Source: Chlorokybus atmophyticus (lineage: Eukaryota; Plantae; Mesostigma and Chlorokybus algae). Taken from it: DNA of 64,000 nt. Shown here one piece after another: positions 1 through 11,703 of this stretch. The notes under the pieces are model-generated. The model ran no database searches. It saw nothing but the letters and a program-made list of their open reading frames with translations, and was not told the DNA's origin. How positions within the stretch are numbered: the stretch's first letter is position 1; each line of letters opens with the position of its first letter. The DNA is taken from contig RHPI01000984.1 in NCBI GenBank assembly GCA_009103225.1, positions 15,551 through 79,550 on the forward strand, given 5' to 3'. A program made the position numbers and the translations under genes.

Positions 1-960
1 CCGGAGTCCTTTGGAGCGCTCGCCGCATTGCAGATGCTGAACCTGAGCGGGTGTAGCAGCTTGGCAGCGCTGCCGGAGTCCTTTGGAGAGCTCGCCGCGT
101 TGCAGATTCTGGACCTGAGTTGGTCGCAGTCGTCTCTCCGGCACGACCCAAATCATCTTGCAGTTGACTTCTGGAAACTGGATCGGGGCTTGTCTCGCCG
201 CCGCAAATGCAGACTCCAGCAGCGCCATCGTAGCTTGGCGGCGCTCCCGGAGTCCTTTGGCAAGCTTGCTAATCTGAAGGCATTGGACCTGAGTGGGTGT
301 GGCAGATTGGCAGCGCTGCCAGAGTCGTTCGGCAAGCTCGTAGATCTGCGGGAATTGGGTCTGAGCAGGTGCCGCAGCTTAGTGGCGTTGCCGGAGTCCT
401 TTGGTAAGCTGGTTGCTTTGCAAAGGCTAAACTTGAGCAGGTGCCACAGCTTGGCATCGCTACCAGAGTCCTTCGGCGAGCTTGCTCAACTGCAAAGACT
501 AGACTTGAGCAGGTGCCGCAGCTTGGTAGCGCTGCCAGAGTCCTTTGGCAAGCTCACTGCTCTGCAACAGCTACACCTAACTGGGTGCCCCTGCTTGGCG
601 CTGCCCAAATCCGTCAGCGAGTGGGACGCTGTTGTTTATGCGCAGCAGCAGCAGCACGATAAGCTTTTGCTCGAGGCGAAAGAGGAAGAGGAGGAGGAGG
701 AGGAGGAAGCGGAGGAGGAGGAAGAGGAGAAGGAGCAGGAGCAGGAGCAGGAGGAACAGGAGGAGGAGTTTACCTGGATGCAGATATCATTATTGGTATT
801 CCTTTCTGCGTATTGCATTTACAGGCAAATCACCCCCGGGCCCGTGCGTATCACCATGAAGGTGATTATCATCATCATCATCATCAAGATGATGATGATG
901 ATGATAATGGGGTTGTATGCCACCATCAGGATAAACTTGAGGTTCTTATGGCATGTGTAG
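1..960 (+). CDS. 3' part of a plant NLR-type LRR protein, 5'-truncated by the window edge: 24-aa LRRs, then a polyQ/polyE linker and a hydrophobic segment
   Basis: Frame is open from base 1. About 7 repeats of LxxLxLxxCxxLxxLPESFG, then QQQQH, an E-rich tract and FTWMQISLLVFLSAYCIYRQ. A probable donor AAG|GTGATT at 862 means the true 3' end is uncertain. Confidence 0.85.
   Translation, partial: PESFGALAALQMLNLSGCSSLAALPESFGELAALQILDLSWSQSSLRHDPNHLAVDFWKLDRGLSRRRKCRLQQRHRSLAALPESFGKLANLKALDLSGCGRLAALPESFGKLVDLRELGLSRCRSLVALPESFGKLVALQRLNLSRCHSLASLPESFGELAQLQRLDLSRCRSLVALPESFGKLTALQQLHLTGCPCLALPKSVSEWDAVVYAQQQQHDKLLLEAKEEEEEEEEEAEEEEEEKEQEQEQEEQEEEFTWMQISLLVFLSAYCIYRQITPGPVRITMKVIIIIIIIKMMMMMIMGLYATIRINLRFLWHV
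865..908. repeat. Perfect 21-bp inverted repeat, ATT(ATC)6-AA-(GAT)6AAT
   Basis: Arms 865-885 and 888-908 are exact reverse complements with a 2-nt loop. Confidence 0.95.
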
Positions 961-2647
961 ATGTGTGAGAAAAGCGCAGGCTTCGCTATCTATATACACT
1001 TCTCACCCACCACGTATTGCCTACAGCCCTACCCAGCTAGACAGCATGCATAGACCTGTAGAATTGTTTGTATGAGTGTAAGTTGGTGTGAAATCACCGC
1101 GAAGGATAGCGGAGGGGTGCAGGCTGGGCTCCTTTAGCGACTGGCAAGCCCTTATGCTAGTTATACAAGCTAGCAATGCTAGGGGCCATGGTTAGGGCAT
1201 GCAACGCTATATGCACAGCAACGGCAGTACTCTGCTCCTGCTGTTGCTGAGCAGCAGGAGCAGCAAGGGGCGGCGGTGTGTCTAGTAAGGGGGAAGCATG
1301 CATGCTGTGGTTGCCGTGACCGACGCTCTTTTGGGGTTGTGGCAGAGACGCCTGGCCTCTTGCTATGCTACTACAGTGCATATCATTGCACCTCACATAG
1401 CTTACCGCTTAGCACTAGCCTGGCCCCCCAGCCCCTTGTGTTTAATGTGCCTGTTTGCGTGTGAACACTGCTGGTCTGTGATGGTACACTTGTGCGCTTG
1501 TGGCTGTTGGTGTGCAAGCAAGCATTCTTCTTCATCTATGCATGCACTACGTAGTGTATGCATGCGGATTGTCTACAATCCGCAAATACCCGCACAAGAC
1601 TCTGCCTAAGGCGCCGGTGAGCCACTGACCTGCATCAAAGGCGGCCGCTGATCTTGCATATGCGAGACCAAGACTTCCCGCCCGCCGCCTCTACCCCTGC
1701 GTACTCCACCGCCAATCAGCATCTGCGTTTGTAGCGCTTCTCCGTTAACACCCACAGCCTCACGACACACAATGCATCGAAACAATCTACAGCAAAGCAA
1801 TTGCAGCAATGTGCGACATAACCTTAATGCATTGCGATGCTAAATAGCACTCCGTGTGCGTGCTTGTGTGGTGCGTTGTGGCGTGTGCTGTGCTATGTTG
1901 AGCTGCTGTCATCGCGTTGTGTGATGTGACTGATTGTTTTGCATTGTGTGGTTTTGTAAGAGTGCGGGAGCATTGTTACAACAACATTGTGTCTGCGTCT
2001 GTACATCGTTGCATGCCATAGTAGTGCTCAGGTGTTGCATGCGGAGCCTTGCACATGCGCAGGCACACGCGCCCAGACACACTTACATACAATCATGCGT
2101 ACATCCCGCTCCCTTCTGTGCAGGTACTGGGGCTTGTGCATGTGTTACTGGGGTGGGCAGTAGAGTAATTCATATGATACATACATAAGGGAGAGTTTCA
2201 GCCCGTTGCTGGCATGCCACTGCACGCAATGGTAAGCCGCGCAACATACGAATACATGCTGCAACTTGCTTATGCGACATGCATGCGTAAAAGACTTTTT
2301 CGAATTCGAAAAATGATGCACCAAGTACCAGGCATGCATGTGCGCTTACACACACTGGCAATCATGGATTACGATTATAATGTGAACATTACTATGGCAT
2401 CCTAGTCCTCCACATGGTCTTGTGGCAGGGGTTTTGTCGTTTGAGACTGTTTATCATAAACATAATGTCCACTTATTCGCATCCCTTAATAGCCAATTCA
2501 TCCTCCAAGGTTTGGCTGTGATATATTGGCACATAGCGGCTGAGTAGATTTACTTTGGGAATGCGCATGAGTATCAACAAACATATAAAGATTTATTCTT
2601 ATAGGGACATGAAGCGCATCCCCCCCATTCACTGCTATTGTTGGCCA

Positions 2648-2650
2648 NNN
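2648..2650. other. Assembly gap (nnn)
   Basis: Literal n bases. Confidence 0.95.
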
Positions 2651-2809
2651 NCCGCGCCCCCCGCCCCTCTGCATAAGCAGCCATTCTCTACCATTTAGCA
2701 ATTTCTTATGCAATGCCGCTGCATACAAAACACTACTCGTCCTCATCATACATGTAACCATCACCAATGTCCCAAGGCTGCGGATAGAGTGTTTGGGAAA
2801 CCTCGAGGA

Positions 2810-3473
2810 TGTAACAGCCAAGGCCAGATTTCGTGATTTTCATGGCCATTTTAGGCCTTATTTGTGAGGTATCATGTTTTTCATGCCTTGTGGCGGATAT
2901 CGGCGAGTTGCGAGTCTACCGCAGATATCGACCGGCCCAGGGCTAGTCTGGAAGACGCCAGAAAACGAAGGGCCAGTCGAGAAGAGCTCGACCAGATTTC
3001 TGGAAGGGCCTGGCGCCAAGTAGTATAACTTGACCATATGAGCAGCAAATAGGAGATCTTTGGTGCGTCGGAAAGGTCTAGTAGTGTACTACAAGATTCT
3101 GCAAGATTATCTTAGCTTCTAGTTCCGTCTAGCGCTAGAGTCGTCTAGACAGTAGCATGTGCAGACTGGTAGGTAAAAGTGACATTCTACAATTTGCAAT
3201 ACAACCTTTAGCTCCCTAGTTTCTGGTGTGCAAGCTTGGTGGTGGTTAGTAGGGTTGCTAGCGTGTGTCCACTAGTGTGTGCTTGCTTGTGTGATGATCC
3301 AAGGTGCTACACAAATCGGTGTGTAGCCTGGAGCGCATGTGCGTGCGTACGCGAGTGACGGCGCGCGTGTGTGCTTGGCAGAGGGGGCAAGGTTCCGGTG
3401 TGAATACCGTGCCTTGGTGAGAGGGTTGTTAATTGGACCAACTCACATGTGACAAGGCACGAGCACCGTCACA
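2810..3473 (+). repeat. 5' LTR of Ty3/Gypsy chromovirus family A
   Basis: Starts TGTAAC and ends GTCACA. Highly similar to 17516-18183. Followed by a PBS-like motif and gag. Confidence 0.9.
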
Positions 3474-3475
3474 AC

Positions 3476-3487
3476 TGGTAACGGAGC
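3476..3487 (+). promoter_or_regulatory. Putative primer-binding site TGGTAACGGAGC
   Basis: Lies 2 nt after the LTR end, begins TGG, and matches the plant tRNA-iMet PBS TGGTATCAGAGC at 10 of 12 positions. Confidence 0.7.
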
Positions 3488-3569
3488 TACGGTTGCGGAG
3501 GCGAGTGCGGTAGCGGTTTAAGGGACGAGGCTGCGAATACACTCTACTTGTGAAGGAAAGGAGGTAAAG

Positions 3570-6500
3570 ATGGAGGATGTCCGTGTTGAGGAGCTTCAAA
3601 ATGCAGTCTTGGCACTGCGAGAAGAGCTTCATCACATGCAAGCGGCGGCACAAGCACAACGCGAGGCGTACAAGCGTGCCATGGCGCATGCACAAGTTCC
3701 CACGGCGTCAAGCTCGCGCGTGCATGTGAAGGTGCCAAAGCCAGAGCCATTCAAGGGTCAACGTGATGGAGATGTTGTGGACGAGTGGCTCTTCCAAGTG
3801 TCATCATTGTTAAAGCTCACGAAGGTACCCGCACACTTACATGTGGAGGTTGCCGCGACATTGCTTAAAGGTGCAGCACTTGTGTAGTGGAGGCATCGAT
3901 GTACGCGTGTCGCAAATGGGTTGGCGCTACCATTGACCACCATGGAAGAGTTGGCAATGGATCTCCAACCTCGATGTCAGGCTTCAATTTGTTCCCGTTG
4001 AGAGCGTGAAGGCCGCACGCGACAAACTTGCGGCACTTGTGCAAATGGGGTCGGTGATGGCGATGGCGACACGGCTGCGTTTCAACGATTGGTGATGTCC
4101 ATACCCAATATGACCGAGGAGGAGCAGCTGGACAGGTATACACGTGGTTTAAAACCTTTGGGGCGTAAAGAAAGTGGAGCTACGGGACCCGCAGACACTC
4201 GCGGAGGCTATACGCATCGCGGAGCGTCTCGACGCGTTGTACTTGAAGTCCACCACAAGAAACACTGAGTGGAGGCAAAGGCATTGGATCAGCCCCGGGG
4301 AGGCTTTCAACATGCATGGAGACGAGGAGAACCAAGTTTAGCGCTTGCCAATGGAGGTGGAGCTGACTCTGGGCCTGCACCAATGGAGGTGGGTGCCATA
4401 CACACGCGTGGAAGTGAGGCGAAGCACGGCGGCGACGTGGTGAAAGAGGTAAAGGTGTGCGCAAGTGTTATGCGTATGGGTCGACTGAGCATTTGGCGTA
4501 CGGATGTCCCAAACAAAGCACGCAAAGGCCAACATCGGATGGCAACCCTCGTCGTGATCGTCACGTCAACACCATGGAGCAAAATGGCGTGGAGACTTCC
4601 CCCAGTAGGTGAGGAGGCTACTGCTGGGGATAGGAAGGAGCCTCATGCACGGACGGATGCTGTGACATGTCTATTAAGGAAGCAAGAGGAGATGGCTATG
4701 AACGCGCCAACGGTGGTGAGTTATGCAAAAGAGGAGCCAACAAAGTACTTCGGGCTTCAAGCACACATTTGCGATGACCAAGGACGATGGAGAGAGTGTA
4801 AGCTCATGATTGATAACGGTGCCAACAGCAACTTTGTAATTATTGATATTGCGCGGCGTTACGGTTGGCTTTTGTCATTAGAGGAGGTGAAGTGAAGCTC
4901 GCTGATGGAGAGCCACCCTCTGGAGGTAATGGCGATGCGTTCATGACCAAAGAGTTGTGCAATCGCATTAGGAAGATGAAAGAGAACATGCGATTTTGCT
5001 GCATCACCCTACGGAACGGGTTTGACGGGATTTTTGGACTACTGTGGCTATGGCAACATAATCCATCCATCAATTGAAGGAAGCGCGTGCTCACCATCAA
5101 ACGAAATGGTGGAGAGTTCATTCAAGCTGCATCGGACGTCATCGAGGCGCGGCACGCACAATCAGGTTGTACGACAATTGATCAGATCTCTTATATGCAG
5201 TTGGGGAAGTTAATGTCTCCACGGAAGGCAAAGGTTGCATGGTTATGCGTGGTGCGCGAAAACACTGCAAAGTCAGCACCAGAGCTGATTGACGATGTTA
5301 AGACGGCTACGATGGACCCCGAGGTGTGTAAACTTGTTGAAGAATACCAATATACCATGGTGGACGGACTTCCATCTGGTTTACCACCTCCACGGAGCGT
5401 AGACCACTGTATGGAGCTAATTGAGGGCGTGCACAAGCCACTGCATCAACCCGTATACAAGTTGTCACCTTTGGAGCTAGAGGAGGCCGAGAGGCAGGTG
5501 GCGGACTTGCTAAAAAGAGGCTACATCAGGCCTAGTACGTCCCCTTATGGTGCACCTATCTTGTTTGTACGAAAGAAGAACGGGAGCTTGCGCATGTGCG
5601 TCGACTACCGAGCTCTCAACAACATCACAAAGAGGAATTGCTTTCTACTCCCACGTATCGACGAGTTGCTTGAGCAATTGCAAGGTGCGCAGAACTCCAC
5701 AACACTTGATTTTGCTGATTGTTATCACCAAATCCGCATCACGCCCGGGGATGTGGAGAAAACTGCTTTTACCACACATTATGGGCACTACGAGTGGTTG
5801 GTTATGTCCTTCGGACTTACGAACGCGCCGGCAACATTTCAAACGCTAATGACTAGCGTTTTCGCTGACTTGATTGGTAAGGGAGTCCTCGTGTACCTCG
5901 ACGACATTTTGGTGTACGCGAAGACAAAGGAGGAGCACGTGGCACTTCTACAGCGCGTGTTGCAGCGTTTGCGCGAACACAAGTTGTACGCCCAGCTATA
6001 AAAGTGCAAATTCCCCGACCAATGTAAAGGAGGTGATGTCCTTTTTAGGCCTTGTAGGGTATTATCGCAAGTTTATCATGGGGTTTTCGCGCATAGCTGC
6101 TCCCTTGATTGCCCTACTCAAGAAGGGAAAGCCTTGGAGCTGGTCAACAACAGAGGAACATGCATTTGCTGCGTTGAAGAAGGCGCTGACGGAGGCACGA
6201 GTCCTGGCTCACCCCGACATGGAAAAGACATGTATTTTGGCTTGCGACGCGTCCGACGCAGCCGTAGGAGCTGTTTTGCAGCAAGACCATGGCAACGGCC
6301 TTTCCCCTGTAGCATTTTTCAGCAAGAAGATGAGTGGTGCGGAGCTGAATTACCCCGTGCTCGAGAAGGAACTTTTGGCGCAAGTAATGGCGCTACGACA
6401 ATGGCGTTGTTTTTTGGAAAGCAAAAAGTTCATGCTTGAGACGGATCACTCTCCACTGAGGTACTCACAAACACAACCTCATCTGAGTCGCAGACAAGCA

Positions 6501-7898
6501 CGATGGCTGTAGTTCTTTCAACTTTTTGACTTCGATATCAAGTACAAGCCCGGTACGTTCAATGGTGTTGCTGACGCGCTGAGCCGGCTTAATGCAATTG
6601 AGGCACTCGCTCAAGTGCAGCCCGAGTGGACCAACCAGATTCGGCAAGTGCTTCGTGAAGACACGAAGGGTATGAAAGTGTTGCAAGAGCTGGAAAGTGC
6701 AGCCACGGACACAAGTGGGCATTGGTCAATGCGCGACGGGCTGCTATGGCACCACGGGCGCTTGTACATCCCCAACGTTGCGCATATTCGTGTGAAGTTG
6801 CTGAAGGAAGCTCATGATGTGCCCATTGCTGGTCACCAAGGGTTGGAGAGGACTTTGGCAAGCTTGAAGCAGCGTTTTTACTGGCTAGAGATGCATTGCA
6901 ATGTGCGCAATTACGTGGCGTTGTACGACGCATGCCAAAGGGTGAAGGCAAGCAATTAAAAGCCAGGTGGGTTGCTGCAACCTCCTTCTGTGCCATTGTC
7001 CAAGTGGGAGCAAGTTACCATGGACTTTATCACCGGGCTACCAACGACAAAAGAAGGGTACGACGCTATACTTGTATTCGTCGACAAAACCAGCAAAATG
7101 GTGCGCTTGGCACCGTGTGGTGAGTCTTGCACGGCACCGGAGGCAGCGCGCTTGTTCGTGAAGCATGTGTTTCATTCTCATGGATTACCACGAAGCATTG
7201 TTAGTAATCACGACCCGCTTTACAAGTAGGTTTTGGGAGGCGTTTCATAGTGCACTAGGTACCACATTAAAGTTTAGCACGGCAATCCACCCGCAAACTG
7301 ATGGGCAAACGGAGCGGGCCAACCGTATAATCGAGGACATGCTGCGTTGCTATGTTAACGCGCGACAAGACAATTGGGCGGAGCTGCTTGAGTTGGTGGA
7401 GTTTGCGATCAACAACCACCACAATGCAAGCACAGGTGTCACTCCTTCCTTATGAACTACGAGCAACATCCATTGACACCGTTGACGGCATGAACACCGC
7501 GACGACATGACGTGCGTGTGGAGGCAGCTAATGACTTCCTCACAAAGTGCGCGGACATTGATAAGGCAGCTAGGGAGGCGCTATTGGTGGCATAAAACAG
7601 GCAGAAGCAATACGCGGACGCGCATCGCCGACACCTCACATTGGAGGAAGGCGACATTGTGTTACTCTCCGCGAAGCATGTACAGGTGCGTACGGGAGTT
7701 TGCAAGCTAAATAAACGCTGGTTGGGACTATTTAAATTCAGCAGAGTTATCTCTGACGTGGCGTACAAGCTTGAGCTACCCGACACCATGCGTGTGCACC
7801 CTTTTTTCACGTCTCCCTTTTAAAGGCATATGGAGGGCAACCGCCAGAAAGGCCGCCCCCCGAAGTTGGCACGGATGGTGAACCAGAGTGGGAGGTAG
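3570..7898 (+). pseudogene. Degenerate gag-pol polyprotein
   Basis: Gag KVPKPEPFKG, degenerate CCHC knuckle near 4460-4510, protease [27 protein letters not shown], RNaseH LACDASD, integrase HDVPIAGH/QVTMDFIT/HPQTDGQTE. Multiple stops and frameshifts, plus a deletion near 6010 relative to copy 2. Confidence 0.92.
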
Positions 7899-8600
7899 CA
7901 CACGGAATTTTATCCGCGTACCAGCCCTAGTCCGCACGCACGGACCATGGCCAAAACGCCAGGACGGCTTGGGGCCCGGACCAGGGTCACCCGCCTTGGT
8001 CCGAACGCGGGGACCAAGCCTGGTCAAGAAATGCGGGTTTGTCACGCTTGGTCGCGGGAGCAGGACCAGCCGTGGCTGCTTTGTCGTCACGTGCGCAGTA
8101 GGACCGCTGTTGGTCTCTCATTCATTTTGCTGCATGGACCAAGGGTGGTTCTCTCCCAGCAAAGTTCTTTCAAGAACATCACCAATATTGGTCCCGAGTA
8201 GTCGGACCCGCCTTGGTTTGCACCGTAGGAGCATGCATGGTCCAGACTCGTGGGACCAAGCGGTAGTTTGCTGTTGGGACCATGCATGGTCCACACCGAG
8301 CAACTGCAGCGTACCAGCCAAATTTTGCCGCACTGGTCCATGCTTGCATCCAAGACCAGCACTGGTGCACGACACCCGCTGGCATCCTGCACTAATGCTG
8401 GTCTATGACCCATGCACCAGCATCACACAATTTACAGTAACCAATTCTGTTATATGGATGGTACGTGTTTGGCAATCAGCCAGACCGTTAACGACAGGCT
8501 GCAGATTGATCAAACGGCTATGCGACAGCAGCCTTCTGGTAACTATCTCCAGCGCTCATACCGTCTAGGACCAAATCAAGCGTATGCTGTGCACACCACG
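7899..8600. repeat. Array of about 20 GGACCA/TGGTCC-type motifs in both orientations; possible DNA-transposon subterminal region
   Basis: Begins CACACGGAATTTT exactly where the Gypsy homology ends. Dense short motifs in direct and inverted orientation. Confidence 0.55.
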
Positions 8601-9073
8601 TGATCCAGTCGCTGCAGGCACATGTTCCCTCTGTTCGCACAACCTTGAGCAGATGTAGACCGCCTGTGAGATGGACAAGTGCACGTCATGTGCGCCAACA
8701 TCTGTTGTTGTCGTGGACACTGCGCGCACACTATGTGAGCAACACATCAATTGAGGAACACAATGTACATTCTCAACAGTGGCAACAATGCAAGATTCCC
8801 TCTGGGATACCTATGATCTTGCAAGGTTTCCGTCCCGACTGGCTCCTAGTGCCCCATAAAGCGTAACCTCTTGGGCTCGGGCGTTTCACTTTCATCCGGC
8901 ATGCCTGCATTTACAATGCATGGTCAGTGCACATACACATGGCCAGACTGCTCATACTGGCAATATTAGCTTACATGGGAGCAGCCTACGAGCATATCCT
9001 AGAGACTGCAGTGTGACACTGTGCACTGGTCACAGCTGCCATTTCGTAAATGGCCAACGAGCGGCCTATGAGC

Positions 9074-11390
9074 TCAACTTGGTACCTGGCTTTTTCTTTT
9101 GTGTATCCATCCCAACCGCCCGTCCGACGTAGCGTCTGCCCCCATCCATCTCTTTGTGATGGCAAACTGCACAACCGCGTGCATGATACGGCGGGTTGTG
9201 AAGCTTCCCATCTGAACATGGTCACGGATGGGAAGAGGTGCCACCCGCGTCATCAGCTGCACTCCTTTCTTCCGCCATAGTTCCCACTGGTGGCCAACCT
9301 GCGCTTTGGTTGGTGGCTGCTCAGTGCCACAGCACACAGCCGCCAGGTGCTCCAGCTCCTCATCATCTTCTTGAATCCGGATGTCATCAGATCCTTGCAT
9401 CTGCACCAGCAGCATTCAACCAGCGGCATCTAAGCAGCGGTTGAAGCAAGAGATCACCTCCACCGCATATAGCTTGCAGCTAACCCACCTGATCTTCTTC
9501 GTCTGGCTACGCATTCCGGCCCAGTTCATTAAATGTATTCGCCTAGCATTCCCCCATCCGGACGTGCCTGTTAAAGCTGCATTCATCGTCTTCGCAGACG
9601 CAGTTGCCGGTTTTGCTCATGAACATGAATGGCCACTCAACGGTCACGCTCTGGATATGCAATCCATTAGTTTGCAAGTATCACAGGCGGTTTCACTCGC
9701 GGACACTGCAACCAACTACATGCGGCGCTCGACTCGCAGTTGGTGACGTGCCGTAACAAAAGCATAACGTCACAAACAAACATACCTTCAGCTCGGCATG
9801 CATGTAGTGCTCCGTTGACTTTCCATGCATCAGCCTCTTAGACCTGATCGGTATGAAGGGCCGCACGCTGTCGTCCTCCACGCAAAACACTGGTAACCAA
9901 TTGTTAATTTGGACGCTGTAGGTGCGGCAGGGCTCATCGACCTCGGCAACCTCAAAAATAGTTGCAATGGCCACGGGCACACATGGGTCTTCACGACTTG
10001 AGGCTTGCATATCGATGTTAAAGACCTTGTCTTGGTCGTAATCGTCTACATGTCTGCACCTCATGCACAGGAAGGGTGTTAGACAACACAACAGCTGTAA
10101 AATTTAGCTTTTTAAACTGCCCGTGCAGCTGCGATGATTGCATTTATACGAGTGTGTGCACACAGTCCGCACCTGAATGTAAGCCATGTAGCCCGCAGCA
10201 CGTCGTCTGGAAGGGGGCCGTCACTTAAGGGGCACCACAGAACGACTGTCGGCGCAGGGTTGAAATTAGCAGCGGTAAAAACTCTGCCCCACCCTGAAGA
10301 CCGGCGGCGAGCAGCTGTGCCGTGCTTGGCAGTTCGCTCTGTTTTTCGAGCATGCGCACGGAGCTGGACCCGCTGCTCCCTGGTCCGTCCTTTTAAAACG
10401 CCCTTTTAAAAAGTCCACTAGCGTTGTATGAAATATACCCGGATGTGCTCTACCAAGCAAGAGTAATCAGCGAGTGTGTGACCAAACGACTCATATGCAC
10501 TGAACAGTGTCTACGACATATGCAATCCTTTGCTGTTACCTAAGCTTCATAGGCACTTGACAGAGGCTAGAATTTATGCATTCCATTGCTAGGTGACCTA
10601 ACGAATCATAGGCACTGATCAGTGTCTACGAGTTATGGCATCCATTGCTGTGCCCCAAAGACTCATAAGCACTGGGCAGTGTCTACGAGTTATGCAATCC
10701 ATTGTGACCTGGAGACTCATAGGCACTGGACAGTGTTCCAGCTCGACACACAATAACATGACAACTTGGCAAACAACGTGATAATAACTGACCTGCAACA
10801 GTGGCACTATTAACCAGTGAAAACAGCTGGATATGCATGGAAGACTAGCTGATTTCAGCTGAACAGCAAGCCATCTATGGCAAGTGACGTGACAACTTTG
10901 CAAACTACGTGATGGCAACTGACCTGCAAGATGGCAACACTGACCAGCAGTGAAAACAGCTTGACGGCTACCAAAGCTTGCTATATGCATAAAGACTAGC
11001 TAGGTTTAGTTGAATAGAAACCGAGCTACACACAAGGCATTCAAAGCAAACCGTCGCATAAAACAATTGACCTCTAGACATGCGGAGCTCTATGCCTTCC
11101 CCAAACACTAAAGGCTCCAGCTCCGGCTTTAACTCCTCACAAAACCTCTGCAGCTTGGCAATGCTGGCCTGCGCTGCAGGATCCGTGCTCCGCTTGTCGA
11201 AATTCACCTCCTCCCAACCTGGACCAGGGATCTGCTCCCACTGCTTGAGCTTGTTGGTGAACTTGTCCATGTTTCGCACATGAGTGGGGTGCACAGAGGA
11301 AAAGTTGAGGAACCTTTTCTGGCCGTTGTTGCCAGAATTGAACACTTGGCTGGCTGAAGGCACTGCGGTCACCATTGTTACACTATGCAC
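9074..11390 (-). pseudogene. Multi-exon degenerate gene of unknown product, divergent from the SET gene
   Basis: Protein-like ORF pieces at 10968-11390, 9693-10091 and 9074-9415 with plausible splice sites (AAG|GTATGT, TGCAG|). Includes a Cys cluster GNCVCEDDECSF, with internal stops and a frameshift. Confidence 0.4.
10491..10740. repeat. Degenerate minisatellite, about 5 copies of 54-59 bp
   Basis: TCATAGGCACTG..CAGTGTCTACG-like motif recurs at 10491, 10547, 10606, 10663 and 10717. Confidence 0.8.
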
Positions 11391-11703
11391 AAAGCACCTA
11401 ACCTCCAGGCAACAAAAGGCTCACACATCAGTCTACAGCACGAGACTTAGTGCAGCTGCGATAACCAGTGCCGAAGTTATACTGCGCACAACGCACAACA
11501 CATGCGCACAACGCACGCGCGAACGGACAAATCACTGCCGGAATCTGACAACAAACTTTTTCAAATGAATTAACTTCCAGTACCTGTGTGACCTATGGAT
11601 CGTCGGAGCGGCCTATGCGGTCGCCTGTGAAGCCGCCGGCAGCCTAATGTTTGTGGTGTGCTTAAGGTAGTTTTGGCGGTGCTGGCGGAGGTATGGTAGC
11701 GGA

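Larger units (their letters stand above)
2810..7898 (+). mobile_element. Ty3/Gypsy chromovirus copy 1, 3'-truncated at the start of the chromodomain
   Basis: LTR-PBS-gag-PR-RT-RH-INT order. Homology to copy 2 stops abruptly after GAGTGGGAGGTAG at 7898. Confidence 0.9.
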
